Shown in pieces: positions 35,131-45,500 of a DNA stretch of 62,494 nt (positions within the stretch are counted from its first letter, which is position 1; each line of letters begins with the position of its first letter). The notes below the pieces were generated by a model. The model was not told where the DNA came from, made no database searches, and worked only from the letters and a program-made list of their open reading frames with translations. Made by a program: the position numbers and the translations under genes. The DNA is from a virus. Lineage: Duplodnaviria; Caudoviricetes. Location: IMG/VR virus record IMGVR_UViG_3300009151_000076, positions 1 through 62,494 of that record; one strand, written 5' to 3'.

Positions 35131-35850
35131 TTACTTTTTCTCAACAAGATTATCTCTGTAATGACTCTCATGAGAAGATCTCTGTCTACTTGTTAATTGT
35201 AGTTTTTCAAAGTCTTTTTCAGTAAATTTTTGTATCTTACTTTTATTTAATAATTCTGATCTCTTTATAGGGATAGCTTGTACAAGAGGTGTTCCTGCTG
35301 GTAAAATTCCAGTAAAATTTGGCTCATTAAAAAAGAACGGAAAGTTAATATAATTAAAATACTTGTCTGTATCAACTAAACCACTTATACATGTAAAACG
35401 AAAATCATCCCTGTTTAAAGGTGGTACAAATAGTGTAGACCATCCTGGAGGTGTTTGTATAGCCCAATAATTTAAAAACTTCATAGGCGGTTTATTGCCA
35501 ATAGGATTAGGACATTTATCAGTTGTTATCTGATACTTGCCATGATTGTCTACCATAGGTTTATAAAAACCAGTATTATAAGAAATACCAGAAGCATCTT
35601 GATTTGATATAAATTCAATATCAGCCGCTAGAGGTATAATATATCCTATTGTCATAGCATCTAAAAAAGGATTACATTTTTTTATTGTACTATTATTTAA
35701 CACTTGTTTGTTATCAATATACATAGGTAATGCTTTATACCAGTCGGGCATTAATTTTTTTGCCGAATATGGCTTGGGTATTACATCCCAATCTTTATTT
35801 TCGCAAAAGAATTTTATCTCTTTATTTTTACCAAAAAAAGACTTTAACAT
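35131..35850 (-). CDS. Conserved phage protein (DUF6065-like)
   Basis: P.WYK, TIKKC.PFLDAM..GY, TPPGWS.LF.PP.N, G.VDTD, GTPLVQ.IP. Very AT-rich. Confidence 0.6.
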   Translation of the reverse strand: MLKSFFGKNKEIKFFCENKDWDVIPKPYSAKKLMPDWYKALPMYIDNKQVLNNSTIKKCNPFLDAMTIGYIIPLAADIEFISNQDASGISYNTGFYKPMVDNHGKYQITTDKCPNPIGNKPPMKFLNYWAIQTPPGWSTLFVPPLNRDDFRFTCISGLVDTDKYFNYINFPFFFNEPNFTGILPAGTPLVQAIPIKRSELLNKSKIQKFTEKDFEKLQLTSRQRSSHESHYRDNLVEKK

Positions 35851-35865
35851 AATATTGTCACCTTA

Positions 35866-36084
35866 TCAATTTTGCCCATTACCAGCATAATAATTTACTT
35901 GTTTACCGGACTCAACCCACTCCTTGCACATCAATACTTCTTTGTAACCCCTTAGTATATGATCATCATGTAGTGAGAAATGTAGATTAGATATCCAATC
36001 TCTCATCTCATATGGTAATTTATCAAAGCAGGTCATGACTATGACCATTCTTTTATGATCAAGAGCAGAATTATTTTTACTCAT
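35866..36084 (-). CDS. Hypothetical protein
   Basis: 72 aa, 4-nt overlap with the upstream ORF. Confidence 0.6.
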   Translation of the reverse strand: MSKNNSALDHKRMVIVMTCFDKLPYEMRDWISNLHFSLHDDHILRGYKEVLMCKEWVESGKQVNYYAGNGQN

Positions 36085-36389
36085 AACATAAATAGTTCTA
36101 CCAAATTACTGTTTTTTATCTCGTCTAATCCTAATAAAAATACAGGTCTAGAATTAAAATCACTATCTATCTCTGTGTAGTGTACAAACGGAAATTTATT
36201 AATAATTAAACTACTACCCCAAGTATTATAGTTAGTAAATAACTCATCGTGCTGATCTGGGTCCCAGTATGCATTATGCTGAAACTTTACACCACTTTCT
36301 TTTAACCAGTCATAAGCTTTTTTGCACTCGCCTATGTCTTCGGATAATCCTGTGCAAAGAATTATATCTTTTATTTTTAAAATACTCAT
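36081..36389 (-). CDS. Glutaredoxin-fold-like protein
   Basis: IILCT..ECKKAYDWLKESGVKF..FPFV resembles the Grx strand-helix-strand and cis-Pro layout. Cys spacing is non-canonical. Strong AGGAG RBS. Confidence 0.45.
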   Translation of the reverse strand: MSILKIKDIILCTGLSEDIGECKKAYDWLKESGVKFQHNAYWDPDQHDELFTNYNTWGSSLIINKFPFVHYTEIDSDFNSRPVFLLGLDEIKNSNLVELFML

Positions 36390-36399
36390 TATCCTCTCC

Positions 36400-37779
36400 T
36401 TATCCAATACCTTGATTTGGCCATGTTACAGATAAACTACCCTTATTACCCGAAGCACCGGCATTACCTGCTGTACCGCTCGCGCCCTTAGCTCCTGTCG
36501 AACTACCAGCTCCACCATCACCTCCAGCTGCAGAAGCTCCTCCAGCTCCACCTGAGCCACCGGCACCTATCACAACAGATGCTATTGACTTTGGTGTAAA
36601 AAATGCTGCAGATGATCCAGGTGTAGCAGATGCTCCGGCATTACCTAAACCACCACCACCGCCATTTCTACCAAACCCACCAGCAGAACCAGGATTACCT
36701 GAGCCACCGCCTGTTCCTGCATTACCTGCTCCACCGCCTGCACCAGCACCACCAGCATTACCTGGGCTTCCGCTTGATGGCCAAGTGTGTGAAGCACCGC
36801 CAGTCCCGGCATTGCCACCACCCGTTCCGGAACCCTTATTACCAGAATTACCATTTTCACCGGGACCTCGGTCTCCACAACAACTTCCATTAAAACAATG
36901 TGATCCACCGGCACCACCACCACCACCGCCTCCAGGAGAACCAGCAGCTCCACCTGTTCCTGCATTACCTGATGTAGCACCGTTACCACCAGCTCCACCG
37001 CATCCACGAGAACCAGCCGTCCCTCCACTACCACCAACTGTAGATCCAGCAGCTCCAGAAAAAGTTATAGGACTGCTTAAACCACCTGAACTTATTTGAG
37101 TAGAACCACCGCTACCACCTGATCCACCTGTACCGCCTACTAAACCAGCACCGCCTGGAGAACCCGCAGCGCCTGATGTTCCACCACCAGAACTTGGATT
37201 ACCAGCATTACCAGCAACACCGGCACCGCCGCCACCTCCACCACCTCCACCGCCTCCTGAACATCCTGTCCCGTTCCCATAAAAATATCTAGCCCAAGTA
37301 CCGCCACCTGAGCCTCCATTACCGCCGCCGCCGCTTCCATTACCACCTGCTGCACGTGGAGAACCTGAAAAGCCAACACAACGACCTCCTGGGCCATAGC
37401 CGCCTTCGCCTTGTGCTCTAGAGCCAGTTGCACCAGCATTTCCACCAGCATTTCCTCCAGCACCACCGGCAACACCATTAGTATAAGTGCCACTACCATG
37501 GGTACCACCCGTTGTATTACCACCAGAACCGCCACCGCCGCCATTACCACCAACACCGGCATTACCAGCACCACCCGCTGATGAACCATTTCCAGCATAC
37601 CCTGTTCCACCCTGACCACCTTGTGATCCGCTTCCACCGTTACCCGACCACCCGCCGTTACCACCTTGGCCACTAACAGTAGCGCTACGAACTTTATAGG
37701 GAACACACCAATTAGTACTACAATTAAATGTAATACTACCAGCGTTTATTCTAGTGTTTAGTAAAAAACCCTTTGCCAT
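36400..37779 (-). CDS. Glycine-rich (polyglycine II type) virion/fibre tip protein
   Basis: Gly-dominated GGxGG and GNAG repeats flanked by short globular ends; 8 Cys. Confidence 0.75.
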   Translation of the reverse strand: MAKGFLLNTRINAGSITFNCSTNWCVPYKVRSATVSGQGGNGGWSGNGGSGSQGGQGGTGYAGNGSSAGGAGNAGVGGNGGGGGSGGNTTGGTHGSGTYTNGVAGGAGGNAGGNAGATGSRAQGEGGYGPGGRCVGFSGSPRAAGGNGSGGGGNGGSGGGTWARYFYGNGTGCSGGGGGGGGGGGAGVAGNAGNPSSGGGTSGAAGSPGGAGLVGGTGGSGGSGGSTQISSGGLSSPITFSGAAGSTVGGSGGTAGSRGCGGAGGNGATSGNAGTGGAAGSPGGGGGGGAGGSHCFNGSCCGDRGPGENGNSGNKGSGTGGGNAGTGGASHTWPSSGSPGNAGGAGAGGGAGNAGTGGGSGNPGSAGGFGRNGGGGGLGNAGASATPGSSAAFFTPKSIASVVIGAGGSGGAGGASAAGGDGGAGSSTGAKGASGTAGNAGASGNKGSLSVTWPNQGIG

Positions 37780-37790
37780 CTATTCCTCTA

Positions 37791-40700
37791 TTAGTTAATA
37801 GCTACGTTGGCCATCGACCAAGCACCGGCATAAGTAGTACCAGCATCAAACGTGGTAAACGTAAATATATCACGTCGGTTAACTGTTGTTGTCAGTACGG
37901 GTGCAGTTCCATAAGACCACCTAACCGCTGCAGGCCACGTTACAGTTCTGCTACCAGCGGAATCTTGCTGCACAACTATAGTTAGGGTCTGCATCTTACC
38001 AACACCAGGAGGGTTATTAAATGTAAAAGTTGGATTTCCACTTAATACGATACTAAAATTACTAAACAATGACCAATCAAAATTAACTGTACTTGCATAA
38101 GTGACGGCAGTTATAGTCTCTGCGCCTGTTCCAAAACCATTTGTTGAGTTGGCATAACTTCGATCGTTGCTGAATGTACTGATCGATGGTGGAGAACCCT
38201 GCAAGCCGGACCAGAGAGTATTTGCAGGAGTAAAGTTTAACTGACCAGCAACTGAGCTTGATACAGTTAAAGATCCACCAGTAGCAGTAGTTGGTGCAGT
38301 CGTTAATACAGTAGTAATAGCGTTGGCAGAACCAATAATAAGCGGCCCTGTAGTTACTGTGAGTGGGGCATTAAAGGTAAAACCACCACCGCTTAACGTT
38401 AGAGTCTTTGCAACACCAGTGCCATTACCAAAATATAGAGTTCCTGTTGAAGGAGAACCAGTCGTGTATATATCGACCGGACCGGTAAAGATACCACCAC
38501 CAAATGTAGGCGTTGATGACGTATTGACACTCTGGTTAAGAGGGAAGTTAGTTATGTTATTAGCACTTCCAGAGAAAGAAGTAGAGTTGATAGTGGAGTT
38601 AACGGTAGAGTTACCTATGACAATAACACCAGCACCTGCTGCATTATTACCGACTCTAACCGAGCTGTTATAGTTAATTGTGAGAAAATGACCAGGCTGA
38701 GCTGTAGCTGACACACCAACAATGCTAACTGGATTTAAACCATCAGACGTAGTTGACAGCGCGGTCGAAACATCATTACCCCATATAGCGTAGTAAGTCT
38801 GTGTCGGTGTTAAGCCTGTAATAGCAGTGTTACTAGTACCTATCGTATAAGTTAAAGCGTCACCTGTATCGAGAAGACCAGCAATACCAGGAACATATAA
38901 GCGGCTTCTATTATCAAGACCACCTGTATACCATGTTGCAGAAGTAGCTCCTCCAGCAACAGACTGTACTAGAGTCATTGCCGTATCACTCGTGATAGAC
39001 TTAACAGTATACCACACAGGTGGTGCTGCTGCGGGATTAAGTGTTATAACAGTACCGAGAGGTAGTTGCTTAAACAGTGTACCTGATCCGACTACAGTCT
39101 GTGTTCCTGCCGGGATAGATATTGTTCCAGTGGCTAACGCTGCAGCTATAGTATTTGCAGTCGTAGTACTTACCTTAACATTTCCTGTAAGCGCGGTGGC
39201 ATTACCTGAGAAGGTATATGTAGAAGGTGGAATTATTGCTGATAGTGTATTGGCATTTAAATATGTTACGTTTGCCGTATTAAGTATAGCATTGCTTGAC
39301 CAGTAAGGAGCAAACGTTCCTGTTCCGGTAGCAGTTAAGATCTGGTTAGTGAGACCATTACTAACTGCCGTGTCTCCAGAAACAGTAATTGCCCCGCCGA
39401 TATTAGCCCCTGCTGTCGTGACAAGATCACCGTTAATATCAACAAGAGCTCTCGGTGTAGTGGTATTAAATCCGGTGTTACCAGCAACATACAGCGCGTC
39501 ACTTAAAGCTCTTGCAGCAGTTGGGGGAGCAGTACCAATACCGACACCACTAGGGCCAACATTGAATTGTCTAAACTGATAACTCGTCTTATCAGCCGAG
39601 TCTGTAGTGATGAATCTATAAGAATTCCAAGTAGCAGACGTAGCACCTGATGCTAAATTTTGATATAAGAATAAAGTATTAGACGATGCAGTACCGAATG
39701 GATTATCAATCTCAACATAAGCAGCTGGACTTGATGTTCCATGACCAGTATTACCGGTAGATGTTACGTATAGTGTTGTTCCTACTTGGAAAGCATTACC
39801 ACCTATAGTCGCTCCGTTTGCACCAATCTTTGTACTACCAGCAGTATTTGATACCCACAGTACCGAGTTAGATGTGACTGTAGTATTACCGGCTATAAAT
39901 CCAGAATAAGAATGTGTTACGTTACCGACAGTAGTACTAGTTCCACCTAGTGTAATAGCTGCTGTGTTGATAACTGTGTTTGTTACTGTTGAGTTACCAA
40001 AATAAGCTGTACCCTGAACAGAGGCATTACCAAAGAAAGTGTTAACAGCTGTAAAGTTTAAGTTACCCGAGAGAACACGACTATCTGTATTTTGTACATA
40101 ACTTGCAGCAGCAACACCGCCAAGCTTTTGCGAGTCACCAACCGTAATACCTGGCTGAGCAGAAGCTAGTGTTCCATATAGTGTAGTTGCATACACCGTT
40201 TTCCATGTTTGTGTCGGAGAACCAAGATTTATTGTACCGGTACTTAAAGGCGATACATCTACACTTGAAAGCCAAGCGTTGTTTGATGAGTTAAATAATA
40301 AGCTGGCATATGTTGTAGCAAGGGCGCCAGTTGTAAAATCTGTATTGCCGACGATAACGCCAGATCCGTTAGCGTCTCCGATTGCGGTGGATCCATCGGC
40401 AAGAATGAGTGTATGATCTTTAGTTGATATACTAACGTTATTAATGACTGTGCACGAATAAGTAGTTGTAATATTACCTATAACAACAAGATTACCGGAA
40501 ATATAGACATTACCGTTAATATTAGCCCATGCTAAGTTAGCTAGACCCGTCGACTCAAGATAAGATGTCTTAACGTTACCAGATAAAGCATACAAACCGG
40601 ACGAGTTAGACACTGTAGACACTGTGCCATTAGTAACGGTGAATGTTGGATTAACAGTCAACGCCGCCATAGTAAAGTTACCAGTCGTATTGACTGTATT

Positions 40701-41306
40701 AACTGGAGCATAAGCCCAAGCTAGAGTACCAGCATTAATGTTTGTAGCATTACGATAATAGCTTGCTAGCTGACCATTTAAATATGTCGCGTTATTAGCA
40801 GCGCCGCTAAACCCGGTTGTGTTGATAGTAACATTAACCGTTGAGTTACCAAGTGATATGATACTGCTATTGACAGTTGTACCATTAGACGACGAGTTAA
40901 TTGTATTAAAGAATACTGTTGGTGTGACTGTATCATTACCGAAGTAGTTATTTGCTGCGGTAAGATTTAAATTACCGGTCATCGTAAAGTTACCGGTAGT
41001 GTTTACTGTGTTAATTGCTTGATACGCCCATGCCAGTGTACCAGCATTGATGTTGGTAGCATTACGGTAGTAAGATCCTGGCTGGCTGTTAAGATTAGTA
41101 GAGTTGGCTGACGTGCCACTATAGTTAGCCGACGTCAGTATACCGGTAACGGTAGTGTTAGAGAGGGTAAGTGTCAGGGTATTAGTGGTCGGCGAGGTAA
41201 AGACCGCATTGACGGTGGTATTACCTACGTGGACCTCTGTTGAGTTGGCTGTAAAGGTAGTGTTTACTACTAGGCCATTCTTAACGACAAAATCTTTATC
41301 TGACAT
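37791..41306 (-). CDS. Tail fibre-like protein, 1171 aa
   Basis: KDFVVKNGL start, N/T/S-rich beta repeats, duplicated YYRNATNINAGTLAWAY, C-terminal QDSAGSRTVTWP..W..G..P domain. Confidence 0.8.
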   Translation of the reverse strand: MSDKDFVVKNGLVVNTTFTANSTEVHVGNTTVNAVFTSPTTNTLTLTLSNTTVTGILTSANYSGTSANSTNLNSQPGSYYRNATNINAGTLAWAYQAINTVNTTGNFTMTGNLNLTAANNYFGNDTVTPTVFFNTINSSSNGTTVNSSIISLGNSTVNVTINTTGFSGAANNATYLNGQLASYYRNATNINAGTLAWAYAPVNTVNTTGNFTMAALTVNPTFTVTNGTVSTVSNSSGLYALSGNVKTSYLESTGLANLAWANINGNVYISGNLVVIGNITTTYSCTVINNVSISTKDHTLILADGSTAIGDANGSGVIVGNTDFTTGALATTYASLLFNSSNNAWLSSVDVSPLSTGTINLGSPTQTWKTVYATTLYGTLASAQPGITVGDSQKLGGVAAASYVQNTDSRVLSGNLNFTAVNTFFGNASVQGTAYFGNSTVTNTVINTAAITLGGTSTTVGNVTHSYSGFIAGNTTVTSNSVLWVSNTAGSTKIGANGATIGGNAFQVGTTLYVTSTGNTGHGTSSPAAYVEIDNPFGTASSNTLFLYQNLASGATSATWNSYRFITTDSADKTSYQFRQFNVGPSGVGIGTAPPTAARALSDALYVAGNTGFNTTTPRALVDINGDLVTTAGANIGGAITVSGDTAVSNGLTNQILTATGTGTFAPYWSSNAILNTANVTYLNANTLSAIIPPSTYTFSGNATALTGNVKVSTTTANTIAAALATGTISIPAGTQTVVGSGTLFKQLPLGTVITLNPAAAPPVWYTVKSITSDTAMTLVQSVAGGATSATWYTGGLDNRSRLYVPGIAGLLDTGDALTYTIGTSNTAITGLTPTQTYYAIWGNDVSTALSTTSDGLNPVSIVGVSATAQPGHFLTINYNSSVRVGNNAAGAGVIVIGNSTVNSTINSTSFSGSANNITNFPLNQSVNTSSTPTFGGGIFTGPVDIYTTGSPSTGTLYFGNGTGVAKTLTLSGGGFTFNAPLTVTTGPLIIGSANAITTVLTTAPTTATGGSLTVSSSVAGQLNFTPANTLWSGLQGSPPSISTFSNDRSYANSTNGFGTGAETITAVTYASTVNFDWSLFSNFSIVLSGNPTFTFNNPPGVGKMQTLTIVVQQDSAGSRTVTWPAAVRWSYGTAPVLTTTVNRRDIFTFTTFDAGTTYAGAWSMANVAIN

Positions 41307-41337
41307 CTGGTTCCCTCTCCCGCAGAGTTATTTTGAC

Positions 41338-41345
41338 TATTTATA
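41338..41345 (-). promoter_or_regulatory. Late promoter TATAAATA
   Basis: Exact consensus upstream of the 1171-aa fibre gene. Confidence 0.75.
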
Positions 41346-41346
41346 A

Positions 41347-41589
41347 TCATTCCGCATTAATGATAGCGGTAGATGTCTCTTTATCTATTGTCATAATACC
41401 ATAACAGCAAAAGTTCCAATCATCATTTCCCATCCCGTCTCCGGAGACTTCATCATGCACGGGTACGTTCATCTTAACATGCTTGAAGATGAATTCTTTA
41501 TCATTCTCAAAGACTCTCCAGACATGGTCCAAAGTCCCCCTTCCAGGTTTCCCCTTAGATTTATTAAATCTTATTAGATACTTATTCAT
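41347..41589 (-). CDS. Hypothetical protein
   Basis: 80 aa (IRFNK..G..GRG..HVWRVFE), coupled to the oxygenase gene. Confidence 0.7.
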   Translation of the reverse strand: MNKYLIRFNKSKGKPGRGTLDHVWRVFENDKEFIFKHVKMNVPVHDEVSGDGMGNDDWNFCCYGIMTIDKETSTAIINAE

Positions 41590-42227
41590 ATTATTGTTGC
41601 TTGTGATGGCTCATAGTTAATACGATCACCGATATATCTAGCTGTCACATCAAAATGAATCATTCTAAATGGCTCGTTAGACTCGTTCTTTGTAAACGAG
41701 TGTGGTAACCATGAATTAGTAAAGACTAGCATCCCTGGATTTGGTGTAAAGTTAACCATTTTACTTGCATAAGTGATGTCGTTTGTATTTTTTTCTGGAA
41801 GAAATACATACTCTTTAACTGACCTAGGCTCGTGTATAACAAGCCTACAAGAATTTTCAGGGCAATCTAAAAAATAGAAACCAGATAACATTGATCCATG
41901 TATATGTCTTTCATGTCCGGAATGTTTTTGATGCTCTTGACACCAAAAGTCATCCATAAAAGTACCAAAATTACGCATGTCATAACCCTGGCTATCGAGT
42001 ATATCCCATGACATATCTAGAATAAACTTAGACAGATCTTTAACGTCCTCATGGTCATCAAAATTATTCGTATTATATAGAGGATATATGTCATTAGCAA
42101 CTTGCTCCTTTTTAACAGAGTCAAGAAGTTCATATGATATCTTTTTAGCAGAGGCTAAAAACTCAGGTTTATTCACCATATAGATGGGACTAGAAAAATA
42201 GAACCAACTATCAAAATTGTTAAACAT
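41586..42227 (-). CDS. 2OG-Fe(II) oxygenase (TIGR02466-like)
   Basis: HxxHxH..LSGFYFL, P.PG.LVF..WLPH, R..I.F(D). Confidence 0.85.
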   Translation of the reverse strand: MFNNFDSWFYFSSPIYMVNKPEFLASAKKISYELLDSVKKEQVANDIYPLYNTNNFDDHEDVKDLSKFILDMSWDILDSQGYDMRNFGTFMDDFWCQEHQKHSGHERHIHGSMLSGFYFLDCPENSCRLVIHEPRSVKEYVFLPEKNTNDITYASKMVNFTPNPGMLVFTNSWLPHSFTKNESNEPFRMIHFDVTARYIGDRINYEPSQATII

Positions 42228-42257
42228 AATAATCCTCCATGATATATTAATTATATA

Positions 42258-42572
42258 TCAAAATGGAAAGGCTTTATCCGTGATGCTTCTTGAATTATTG
42301 ATAGCAATGATCTTGTTAGCTATGTCTTCCTCGATACCGGCAACATCAAGATGCCCGTCAGTCCACTCGTCAAGAAGCTCTTTAGTTAGATCCTCAAACA
42401 CGACAAAAGTCTCTGGATCAGGGTCTGTCAAGTCAACACGCATATTAATAGATGCAGTAGCTGTACCGTCAGTTCCGGTAATGAGACACTGAAAGGACTG
42501 CACTACGTCTTTAAGATCGCCGACATCCTTGACCATAGATCCTGTGTATGTTCTTGTATATGTTACAGTCAT
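42258..42572 (-). CDS. Small fibre-associated (assembly chaperone-like) protein
   Basis: L.DVV..GTDG..FVVFEDLTKE..W pattern; begins 1 nt after the fibre gene stop. Confidence 0.6.
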   Translation of the reverse strand: MTVTYTRTYTGSMVKDVGDLKDVVQSFQCLITGTDGTATASINMRVDLTDPDPETFVVFEDLTKELLDEWTDGHLDVAGIEEDIANKIIAINNSRSITDKAFPF

Positions 42573-42573
42573 G

Positions 42574-45500
42574 TTAGACTCCTATTGCGTGATAGTATAC
42601 TGTGCTCGATGTAGCACTGTTGGTGGTGACAGTAGCCGTAGTATTATTTGCACCACTAAGCCAGACAAATGCGGTACTGACAGTTCCACTAACTGTTACG
42701 TTATAAAGTGTAGTAAACGCACTAGCAAATGTACCGACAACACCCAAGCTGTTTGCCGAGATCGATCCCCAATTCATCTTGATACCGTTTGGAAGCACCG
42801 TGTAACCAGTAGCTGCTGCTGTAACTTTACCACCGATATAGACGCCAGCTGTATTAATTGTCGCGTTACTAGTATTGTTGCCAACAAAAAGAGCAGAAGT
42901 ATTAACAACAGCACCACCTGTACCGGTAGTAGTTGCAGCTGCTACAGGATTGATAGTTATAGTAGAAGTACTATGAAGTGCGTTAATGGTGTTATTTCCG
43001 GCAAAGAATGACGACGTGTTAACTTTACCACCACCTGTACCGGTACCAATAGCAGTACCAACAAGTAAAGTAGATCCTTCTGATGTATTGTACGTTCCAT
43101 TCCAATAAAGATTAGCTGCGTTATTTCCAGCAAACAGTACCGGTCCGCCACCAGTTGAATTGAATTGCAGAGCGCCAGAACCAGTCGTATTAGAAGGCGA
43201 TATACCAGTATAAAATATACTGGCACCACCACCAGATTGACCCATTGTGAAGTTAGATGGTGCTGCTGAAACATATGTAGCTGTATTTCCTATGAAATAA
43301 CCTGAGCTTGTAATATACACGCCACCTTGGCCAGTAGTATTAGCTGAAGCTGTTTGATTGATTCTCAATTCAACAGAACTGATACTTGCGTTGACTGTGC
43401 TGTTACCAACGAACAAGCTGCCGGTGCCGTCACGCGTGATCTGCACGCTGCCCAGCGTATTACCGACAAAGATAGTTGTACCAGTAATATTCACACCACC
43501 TGAGCCCGTAGTATTAGCGGAAGCTGTTGGATTAATTACCATGCTAGTTGTATTATGATACGAATTGACTGTGCTATTACCAACAAAAAAGCCTGTAGCA
43601 CTGATATAGACGCCACCAGTACCAGCTCCGTTTGCAGTTGCAACTGGATTAATTGCCAACGATGTTGAGTTGATCCAACCATTAACTGTAGTGTTACCAA
43701 ACTGAACTGCATACGCGTTAACGTTAAAGCTACCAGGACCAGACGCGTTTGAGAATCCTACAGCTTGGATGAACGGGTTATTTGCAGCATTGGTGCCTGA
43801 TGTGTAGAAGTTTATATAGTTTGTACTGTTACCTAACTGGATAGCAGAGGTATTTACATTATATAGGTTTTGAGCAACAGCAAAGACACCTGATCCTTGA
43901 GGGAACCACTGAGTAGCGCCACCTGGACCGTTCTGCCCGCCGTCAAATCCTAGAGTAAATATCGGTCCAACTTCAGCAACACCACCAGAGACTGGAGTCA
44001 TAAAGATAGCAGTACTATTGCCAACCGCGCCGTTACGGAAGATACGAATACTAGATCCGTTGGCCTGGAATTTAGAAGCCGTGTTACCATAATATATTGC
44101 AGTGGTGTCAACCGTGAAACCACCAACACCAGTAGTCAATCCAGTACCACCGTTTAGCGCGATAGAAGATCCGGAGTTAACCCAAGCATTTGATACGGCG
44201 TTTCCTATAAAGAAAGCAATACTATTGATGAGCGCGCCGCCAGATCCAGTATTTCTAGAATCAGAGGTTGGGTTTATATAAATCTGAGATGTTGAATGAT
44301 AACCATTGACTGTACTATTACCAACATACATAACACTACCGTTATGAACACCTCCTCCTAAACCAGTTCCAGTACCACTTATAGTTAAAGTAGGCGCCGG
44401 TGTTGCAGACATCTGTACGTTACCGCCGGTGTTACCTATTGATAAGAAATATCCGTTAGCTATAAAACCGCCGGATCCAGTATTTCTGGCATCAGAGGTT
44501 GGGTTTAAATACCACTGAACGACGTCAAAATAAGCGTTGATGATGTTGTTACCAATCAGCACTACGCCAGACTGTGTACCGCCACCGCCACCTACTTTTA
44601 TACCACCAGTACCGGTAGTTGTTGCTGTACCACCACCAAAAAGTATAGCAGTCGTGTTTACGGATATATTCGCTGCGGTGTTGCCTATGAATAACTGATT
44701 ACCTGTACCAAAGAAACCACCGGTACCAGTAGTGTTGGCAAGAGGACCACCTATAGTGATTGCTGTAGTATTAACAGTGGTGTTTGTTGCGGCGTTACCA
44801 AGGAACAAAGTACTAGCATTTGCAAATAAACCACCAGATCCAGTATTTCTTGCATCAGCAGTTGGATTAATTGTTATTGCCGATGTATTATGAGTAGCAT
44901 TGATTGTATTATTTCCAAGGAATAATACAGACGCGTTAACAACGGCTCCGCCAGTTCCTGTAGTAGTACCAGTACCAGCACCAATAACTATCGAGCTCGT
45001 ATTGTGAACAGAGTTAATCGAATTATTACCAAGAAATATAGTGCCACCACCGATTAAGTTAGCTTGAAGACCGCCTGTGCCGGTAGTTGCAGTAGTAGTA
45101 CTGCCAATCATTACCTGGGCGCCGGTAGACGTATGTGTAATTGATATATTAGCGGCGGCGTTACCGATGAATAATCCGGTATTAATAACACCAGGTCCGG
45201 CAAACAATGCAGCACCGCCTGTACCAGAAGTATTTGCAGTACCACCACCTATGACCATTGCTATAGTATTGACTGTTACGTTAGCTGCATTGTTACCAAG
45301 GAACATACCGATCGTAGGATTTAACCAGAAACCACCGTTACCTGTGGTGTTTGCAGCCGCAGTGGGTATGACTGTTATCTGTGATGTTGTTAGAGACGCT
45401 CCAATTGTAGAGTTACCTAATACCACTTGAGAGGCGTTGGCCAAGAAACCACCGGTGCCGGTACTTAAAGCAACTGCACCGCCGATTAAGAAGTTAGCGC

